A DNA stretch of 64,000 nucleotides from Myxococcota bacterium (GTDB taxonomy: Bacteria > Myxococcota_C > UBA6777). A program made the translations under genes and the position numbers. The DNA lies in the NCBI GenBank assembly GCA_023150835.1, contig JAKLKB010000006.1, positions 1 through 64,000 of the forward strand, read 5' to 3'. Shown one piece after another: positions 57,964 through 64,000 of this stretch (its first letter is position 1; the number at the start of each line of letters is the position of its first letter). The notes beneath the pieces were generated by a model. The model saw only the letters and a program-made list of their open reading frames with translations, was not told the DNA's origin and did no database searches.

Positions 57964-58081
57964 CCCCCGTGTTCGCGGAGGTTCAAGCGTTGCGGTTGTT
58001 GGTTTGAAAGACGTCTGTTCGCCGCGTCGATACGGGGTCAAGGGAGCCGCGCTCCCTTGTGGGGTGTGGGGCAAAGCCCCA
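57964..58081 (+). repeat. Dispersed structured repeat family A copy
   Basis: CCCCCGTGTTCGCGG..TTCAAGCG..TGGTTTGAAAG..GTCGATACGGGGTCAAGGGAGCCGCGCTCCCTTGTGGGGTGTGGGGCAAAGCCCCA. Confidence 0.85.
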
Positions 58082-58100
58082 AAAAACGCGAATCGAAGGG

Positions 58101-60641
58101 CTATTGGGAGACGATATTGAATTCGACGCGGCGGTTTTTGGCGCGATTTTGTTTGTTGGTGTTGGGGACGAGGGGGCGTTTGGGGCCGAAGCCTTCGGCA
58201 TCAAGGCGGCCTTCTTCGACGCCTTTTTTGACGAGGTATCGTCGGACGGATTTGGCGCGGCGGTCAGAGAGGTTGGTGTTGTAAGCGGGATTTCCGCTGC
58301 TATCGGTGTGTCCTTCGATACGGACGCGGATGGTGGGGCGGCTTTTGAGGACGGCGACGACTTGATCGAGGACGCCAAAGGACTTGCGTTGGATGGTGTC
58401 GCGGTTGAGGGCAAAGAAGATCTTTTGGAGGATCTCGATCTTTTTGTCGGTGACTTGGACGAGGATGATCTTGGGGCAACCGTCGCGCTCTTTGACGCCC
58501 GGGACGAAGGGACATTTGTCGAGGCGGTCGACGATGCCGTCACCATCGGAGTCTTTGTCGGGGCAGCCTTGGTTTTCGGGGATGCCTTTGACTTTGGGAC
58601 ACTTGTCTTTTTCGTCGGGGATACCATCGCCATCTTCGTCGCCCCCGGGACATCCGGGTTTCATGGTCGACGTCACGAGCAAGGTGTTTTCTGCGCCGTC
58701 GATCTGGATAAAGAAGCCTTGCATCTTTTTGTATTCGTCGTTGCTGAGGATGTCTTTGCGGAAGTGGTATTCTGCTTTGAAGACGATGTTGAGGCCGCTG
58801 GCGCCGGTGGTGAGTTGGTAGCGCAGGAGGGCATCGTCGATTTGAAAAGGCTTCGGTAGTTCGAGGGCTTTGAGACCTTGGATGTGGATCTCGTCGATGT
58901 AATGTCCGCTGGTTTTCCACATGAAGGGGTGGTGTTGGCGCTTGGTGGCGAGATGGCGTTGGTGGTCGGAGTGGAAGTCGAAGTGGACGTAGATCTCGCA
59001 GTCGGTGACGCGGTTTTTGTAGAATTCAGCGGTGAAGTCGGCTTCGATGCGAGGTGTTTTGGATTTTACCTCGGTGATGCGGGCTTCTTGGACTTTGATC
59101 GATTGGAGAAGTTTTTTGGTGGCGAGATAACCGAGCAGAGTTTGCGCCCACTGATTTTTTCCGCTCGCGGTATCAAGGCTGTGATCTTTGATGCGTTGAT
59201 CGAGATCGGCGCGGTGATGTCCGCGCAGGAGCATCACCATCTTGCCTTTGATCTTGCCGTCAGGGGTCGCGTTCAACGTGATCTCGCGCTGTGTCCTATT
59301 TTCGGTGGGGGCTTGGAGAGGGGTTTGGATCAGTCGGCCATCGTCGATGGGAAGGGCGGAGGCGTTTTGATCTTCCCAGCTTAGGTCGCCGAAGTGGCTA
59401 TCGGTTTTTGCGGTATCAAGGAAGATTCCGCCGTCGATGCTTGGGATGTGGTTGAGGGTGTGTTGAAAGACCGCAGGGGTGGGCAGTTGCGGATCGACAT
59501 CGCCTTTGTCGCGGGTACGTACGCGCACGATCTGGCTGGGGATGCCTGCGGCTTCGAGCATGGCTTTGTACAGTGCGGCTTTTGCGCGATCGTCGCCTTG
59601 TTGTTGTTTGAGGGTTTGTTCGGCGGGTGCGACGCTCCATTCCATCATCTGGGGATCGCGGGTGATGGTGCGGACTTTGTCGTGCAAATAGTCGTAGATG
59701 CGCTGGGCTTTTTCGCGGTTGTCGCTTGCGCCTTGGGTGATCTTGTCGGTCTTGTCTTTGATGGCGGGTGTGGACACGGCGCTGTTTTGGAACATCTCTT
59801 TTTCAAAGCTTGCCACTTCCGCCCACGAAGACGACGGATAATTGCGCCCTTGGTAGCCGAAGGACTTGGGGGCTAACTCGATGCGTGCGGTTAAGGTGTG
59901 GGCGTTGGGTTGACCGGCTTCGGTTTCGAGGGCAGGGACTTTTCGAGCGGACCAGACGTGGATGGTGTGGCTGGGACGGTCGGGATCATTTTCGGTTCGG
60001 TAGCTGATCAGCGATGCGGGGAAGTCTTGACCGCCGTAGACACGGGCATTGAAGGCGAAGTCGCGAGGGGCTGAAAAGCGAAACTCGGTTTCTTGGACGG
60101 GTCGGTCTTTTTGGACATAAAAGGTGTAGTGCAAAAAGGTGTTTGTTTCGAACTTGGCGAGATATTCGTGGATGGCACCCGGGGTGATGTTGTCCATGAA
60201 CCACAAGCTGTACATGGCGTTGCTTTCGCTTGTGGGGGACCAGTCGACGGGCCAATCGTAGAAGCCACGCGACGGCGTGATCCAGCCGTTGGGTCGAACG
60301 ATCCGCGCATAGATCTCTTTGAGCGGGCGGCGGGGAGTGTAGATCACGGCCCCTTGGGTGATGTTGCCGGATTGTGTGGTTTTCCATGTCAGGGATTGGA
60401 TCTGGACGTGTTCGGTTTCTGTAAAGCGCATCCGCTCGGCATCTTGGAGGACGAGGGTTTGCTTGATCATCGGATAATGCTCGCCGTCCTTGCTGAGGGT
60501 GGCGGCTTGGGGCGGGAGCGTGGGCTTGAGCGGTCCGAATTCTTTGGGGGTGGGGATGATGCCAAAGAAGGGTACACATCCCGAGAGGTTGAGAGCGATC
60601 ACCGCGACAAGCGGCAACAGGCGGAGAGAACGATTGAACAT
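58101..60641 (-). CDS. Lipoprotein: DUF3857 + transglutaminase-like + TSP3-like Ca repeats + OmpA C-terminal domain
   Basis: Lipobox LSGC; AQRIYDYLHDKVR, TLKQQQGDDRAKAAL, FQH..FLD; DGDGIPD/DGDGIVD; GHTD..LSDRRA..NRRVEF. Confidence 0.8.
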   Translation of the reverse strand: MFNRSLRLLPLVAVIALNLSGCVPFFGIIPTPKEFGPLKPTLPPQAATLSKDGEHYPMIKQTLVLQDAERMRFTETEHVQIQSLTWKTTQSGNITQGAVIYTPRRPLKEIYARIVRPNGWITPSRGFYDWPVDWSPTSESNAMYSLWFMDNITPGAIHEYLAKFETNTFLHYTFYVQKDRPVQETEFRFSAPRDFAFNARVYGGQDFPASLISYRTENDPDRPSHTIHVWSARKVPALETEAGQPNAHTLTARIELAPKSFGYQGRNYPSSSWAEVASFEKEMFQNSAVSTPAIKDKTDKITQGASDNREKAQRIYDYLHDKVRTITRDPQMMEWSVAPAEQTLKQQQGDDRAKAALYKAMLEAAGIPSQIVRVRTRDKGDVDPQLPTPAVFQHTLNHIPSIDGGIFLDTAKTDSHFGDLSWEDQNASALPIDDGRLIQTPLQAPTENRTQREITLNATPDGKIKGKMVMLLRGHHRADLDQRIKDHSLDTASGKNQWAQTLLGYLATKKLLQSIKVQEARITEVKSKTPRIEADFTAEFYKNRVTDCEIYVHFDFHSDHQRHLATKRQHHPFMWKTSGHYIDEIHIQGLKALELPKPFQIDDALLRYQLTTGASGLNIVFKAEYHFRKDILSNDEYKKMQGFFIQIDGAENTLLVTSTMKPGCPGGDEDGDGIPDEKDKCPKVKGIPENQGCPDKDSDGDGIVDRLDKCPFVPGVKERDGCPKIILVQVTDKKIEILQKIFFALNRDTIQRKSFGVLDQVVAVLKSRPTIRVRIEGHTDSSGNPAYNTNLSDRRAKSVRRYLVKKGVEEGRLDAEGFGPKRPLVPNTNKQNRAKNRRVEFNIVSQ

Positions 60642-60668
60642 GACGCGTGTTCCTTTTCGCGGGATGGG

Positions 60669-63329
60669 TTACTTGTGAGCGATCTGGAAGGTGATCGATT
60701 TGGCCGTTTTTTGCCAGAAGGTGCGGAAGGCTTGATACCGTTCGGCGGGGAGTTCGCGTTGGCGAAACTCGATGTGCGTGTGTTTGGAGAGCACGTTGCT
60801 TTCGATCTTATGCGAAGATTTGAGGTAGACGACACCATCAAACGATTTGTCATAGCTGTGTTCTTTGGCTTTGGCGGACTTGCGAAGGTTGAGACTGAGC
60901 TTGAACGACGGCGGAAAACGCAGCGTGATCTTGGTTTCTTTGAGGTAGGGGTATTCAAAAAACAGCTTCACATCGCGGTTGGGGGCTGTAAAGGTGTAAG
61001 AGGGGAGTGTGCCCGGGGTTTTGTAGAGCATGACTTTTTGGCTGTGGGGAAAGCAGTGATGGGCTTTGAATTTGTAGCGGTAGGTGACGGGCTGCGAGAG
61101 GTCTTGGATGTTGAGTTCGGGTAGCACAAGATCGGTGATCTCGAACTGTTGGCCGCAAACTTGGCGAAGCCATCCGCCGCGTTGTTTGCGCCAAGTTTCC
61201 CAGTCACGGGGTTGGGCAAACAGAAGCTGTCGGCGGACGTTGGCGGCAAGATGCCCCGTCAGCTTGATCTCGTAACTGCCCGTCAGTGTGCCCTCTGCGT
61301 CCACTTGCATATCAAAGGTGCGGAAGTCTTGGGTGTAGGTGTAGGGTTGGGAAGGCGTCTTAAAGAAGCGGCCACCGCCGTAGTCGATGATGAAGGCTTC
61401 GACGCCTTCGGCGCGTGGATTGACGGTGTTGTAGGGATCGACGATCCCTGCGGGGCTCAAGAGGCGGCCTTGGTTGACGGTGCGCTCTTTTCCGGCAGGA
61501 GCAAACTTCGCGGCATCAGCGGCACGTTCGGCGTGTAAGCCACGCCAAGGGCCTTCGGATTCTTCAGGGACGAAAACAGCCAACCCACCGAAGACATCGC
61601 GGTCAGGGAGACCTTTGCGGTAGTCGTAGTATCCGTTGGGGACGAGGGCTGCGTAGGCGCGGATGCCAAGCGAACGCAACATGACGATGAAAAGCATATT
61701 GCTAACGTAGGGGTTTCCTGTGCGCATCTGATAGCTGCGCAAGAGGTCTTCGCCCGAAGATAGGCCAAAGTTGATCGGTGCAAGGCCGATCGCACCTTGG
61801 ACATAGAGGTTTTGGCGGAGATGTTCGTAGATGACTTTGATCTTTTCTTCGCGGCTGGTGGCGTTGCGGGTGAGATCGCGGGCGATCTTGGGGAGGCCAT
61901 TTTGGTTGAGTTCTTGGTCTTCGTCCATCTGGAAGTTGCGGTTAAATCCGCCGCGATCGTCTTGGAAGGGCCACATCGCACGAGTATACCAAGCGATCAC
62001 GTTTTTCCATTCGGCGCGGATATCTTGGTATTCGGCGAGGCGGGTATCCAACATCCGCACGATCTTGATGGTGGCTTGCGGGGGTTTGCAATAACGGGGC
62101 GGTAGCGCCGAGGTTTTGCACATGGCGTTGAGGCCCATCCGACCTTGGCGAGTCACGCCCGGGACGTTGCGCATGTAGACGTCGATCATGCGGGAATCGC
62201 GGTCGTGGCTCACACGCACAGCGTCTCCCCCAAAGGAGCGATCGGCTTCGTCGGCGACGAGTGCTGCCCGAATGGCTTGTTCGACAGCGAGGTCGAGTTG
62301 GAGCTTGTCGCTGACGGGCGCTTTCGGTGTTTCGAGCGGTTTGTTTGGATCGATCGTGCCTTTGACTTTCTCGGCGCTCTCGGGAGCCGAGACTTGCAGG
62401 CGCTGGATCACGGCTTGGCGCTCGGCGGCGCTCATCATCGGAAACACATTCAGCGCAGCGATGCGTTTGTCCTCGGGCAGTCGGTCGAAAACGTTCACCA
62501 TCAAGGTCTTTTGCTTGACGTTAAGACCTTTGAGCCAAGCCTGTGCAGCCGCTTTTTTGTCGGCAGGGAACTGTTCGAGCAGCAGGTCGATCTCGGCCAT
62601 CACGCTTGCGATGCGTTGGGTGGCTTCGCGGATCTGAAGCGTTTGCAAGACAAACAAGGGATCAAGATCGATCCGCATCTCAAGGTTTTCAGCGTAGTGA
62701 TAGCGCATGTGTGCGCGGCGCACAGGGATCTCTTGTAAAAGCTCGATTCGCACGCCCGTCAATCCGAAGAAAAAGCGGTCGAATTGCATACTCAGGTCGT
62801 ATTCCCACATCACATCCAGCACACAACCCACTTCGATGCCGGGCAGATGCGCATGAAAGACTTGGTTTTCTTGCACCGTCTCGACCGCGTCTGTTCCGCG
62901 ACTATAGAACTTGACGCGGAGATCTTTGAGGACGCGATCGTCGTATTTCAACACTTTGTTGTTCGGGCAGGTGGCGCGTACGTTGAACTTTTGCAGACGA
63001 TTGAATGGACTCCACACCCCGAATCCACCCGGAAGATACTTAAAGGAAGCGTACTTGAGGCCGCCATGTTTGTTGATGCGGATGCGCTTGTTCATGCGCC
63101 AAAGAGTGGTGCGTTGGGATTGTCCGACTTGTCCCCATCGATGGTAGTATTCGGCTTCCATCCACAAGATCTCGGCATCTGGCATCGTTTGCTTGGAGCC
63201 GAGGGGTTGAAGATCTTTTTGTGTGACGGGTTGAAAGCCCTTAAAACTTGGAATGCAGCCGCTCGCGAGCAAGCCGAACAGCACAAAAGCTGGCCATTGC
63301 CCCGATACGCGGTGTTGTCTCAAACGCAT
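60669..63329 (-). CDS. Lipoprotein with DUF3857/transglutaminase-like architecture, catalytically degenerate
   Basis: Lipobox ASGC; LPGIEVGCVLD, EKIKVIYEHLR, TGNPYVSNMLFIVMLRSLGI, C-terminal YQAFRTFW. Confidence 0.65.
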   Translation of the reverse strand: MRLRQHRVSGQWPAFVLFGLLASGCIPSFKGFQPVTQKDLQPLGSKQTMPDAEILWMEAEYYHRWGQVGQSQRTTLWRMNKRIRINKHGGLKYASFKYLPGGFGVWSPFNRLQKFNVRATCPNNKVLKYDDRVLKDLRVKFYSRGTDAVETVQENQVFHAHLPGIEVGCVLDVMWEYDLSMQFDRFFFGLTGVRIELLQEIPVRRAHMRYHYAENLEMRIDLDPLFVLQTLQIREATQRIASVMAEIDLLLEQFPADKKAAAQAWLKGLNVKQKTLMVNVFDRLPEDKRIAALNVFPMMSAAERQAVIQRLQVSAPESAEKVKGTIDPNKPLETPKAPVSDKLQLDLAVEQAIRAALVADEADRSFGGDAVRVSHDRDSRMIDVYMRNVPGVTRQGRMGLNAMCKTSALPPRYCKPPQATIKIVRMLDTRLAEYQDIRAEWKNVIAWYTRAMWPFQDDRGGFNRNFQMDEDQELNQNGLPKIARDLTRNATSREEKIKVIYEHLRQNLYVQGAIGLAPINFGLSSGEDLLRSYQMRTGNPYVSNMLFIVMLRSLGIRAYAALVPNGYYDYRKGLPDRDVFGGLAVFVPEESEGPWRGLHAERAADAAKFAPAGKERTVNQGRLLSPAGIVDPYNTVNPRAEGVEAFIIDYGGGRFFKTPSQPYTYTQDFRTFDMQVDAEGTLTGSYEIKLTGHLAANVRRQLLFAQPRDWETWRKQRGGWLRQVCGQQFEITDLVLPELNIQDLSQPVTYRYKFKAHHCFPHSQKVMLYKTPGTLPSYTFTAPNRDVKLFFEYPYLKETKITLRFPPSFKLSLNLRKSAKAKEHSYDKSFDGVVYLKSSHKIESNVLSKHTHIEFRQRELPAERYQAFRTFWQKTAKSITFQIAHK

Positions 63330-63603
63330 ACTACTTCACTCCCAAAAGTTGATCCTGACCATCTGTTCGGCAAGATCAACGCTCTCTATGTGGTGCCGAT
63401 AACACAAAAACAGGCGCTACGTTTCGCAAAGTTCGGCAGCTTAGCTTCGTGATCGGAGGCTGTCAAGCCCTCCATGTCTCTGCAAACGCGAACATTTATC
63501 GCAACCCCACACAAAATGCAAATCTGTTTCGTGATGGGGTTGTGTTGTTGTGGGAGGAGGTGGGGGGGGAAGCGAGAGGAAGTGGTGGGGGAAAGCGGGA
63601 GGA

Positions 63604-63999
63604 TTAGGGGGTGTTGCTGCGGTTTTCGATGCCGGTGGCTTGGTCTTTGTTGATGATGTTGAATTCGACGCGGCGGTTGGTGGCGCGATTTTGTTTGGTG
63701 TCGTTGGCGACGATGGGTTTATCGGGTCCGAAACCTTTGGCTTCGAGGCGGCCTTCATCGATACCTTTTTTGATCAAGTACTTGCGAACGGATTTGGCGC
63801 GGCGATCAGAGAGGCCAACGTTGTAGGCACGACGACCACGGTCATCGGTGTGTCCTTCGATACGGACGCGGAGTTCGGGACGGCTTTTGAGGACGGAGAC
63901 GACTTGATCGAGGACGCCAAAGGACTTGCGTTGGATGGTGTCGCGGTTGAAGGCAAAGAAGATCTTTTGGAGGATCTCGATCTTGTCTTTGGTGACTTT
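63604..63999 (-). CDS. OmpA-family protein, C-terminal part (start outside the window)
   Basis: Manual translation KVTKDKIEILQKIFFAFNRD...IEGHTDDRG...LSDRRAKSV...NRRVEFNII...NTP*. Confidence 0.88.
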   Translation of the reverse strand, partial: KVTKDKIEILQKIFFAFNRDTIQRKSFGVLDQVVSVLKSRPELRVRIEGHTDDRGRRAYNVGLSDRRAKSVRKYLIKKGIDEGRLEAKGFGPDKPIVANDTKQNRATNRRVEFNIINKDQATGIENRSNTP

Positions 64000-64000
64000 G

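Noticed and set aside
1-64000. tRNA, rRNA, IS transposase, prophage
   Set aside because: None recognised by eye; small RNAs could be missed without tRNAscan or Infernal.

Overview
A GC-rich bacterial chromosomal segment, probably Myxococcota; this is inferred from a MYXO-CTERM-like tail, Cys-rich matrixin, lamin-tail lipoprotein and giant TPR protein. It has about 42 plausible genes. I recognised no rRNA, tRNA, cas or transposase genes. Left to right: a bacillithiol operon (bshC-bshB1-bshA plus a long PIG-L deacetylase running off the left edge), DUF2911, SulP + a YeeE/YedE pair, a lamin-tail lipoprotein, ComEA, PIN-PhoH and an M48 peptidase. Next is an 11-gene, fully discrete (type II) fatty-acid/polyketide cluster at 16.2-27.5 kb. 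It combines a serine-palmitoyltransferase-like PLP enzyme, AT/DH/KS/KR, a beta-branching set (HMGS, ECH1, ECH2, GANS-type ACP) and two FabL-like enoyl reductases, with no modular PKS. It is followed by BrnT/BrnA, a DCC oxidoreductase, MCC beta subunit, a Cds1-like PLP enzyme, a GxxExxY gene bracketed by inverted 9-mer repeats, HEAT and LRR proteins, a UvrD-family helicase, a ~3,250-aa TPR/beta-propeller protein, ihfB-rpsA-cmk, matrixin plus partner, a DUF3857/pseudo-transglutaminase lipoprotein pair and a partial OmpA protein. Intergenic DNA holds two dispersed structured repeat families and many tandem arrays. The top candidates for an undescribed system are the standalone beta-branching/SPT lipid cluster and the GxxExxY + (CACGGAAAA)n unit. 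All calls come from motif reading only; no searches were run.
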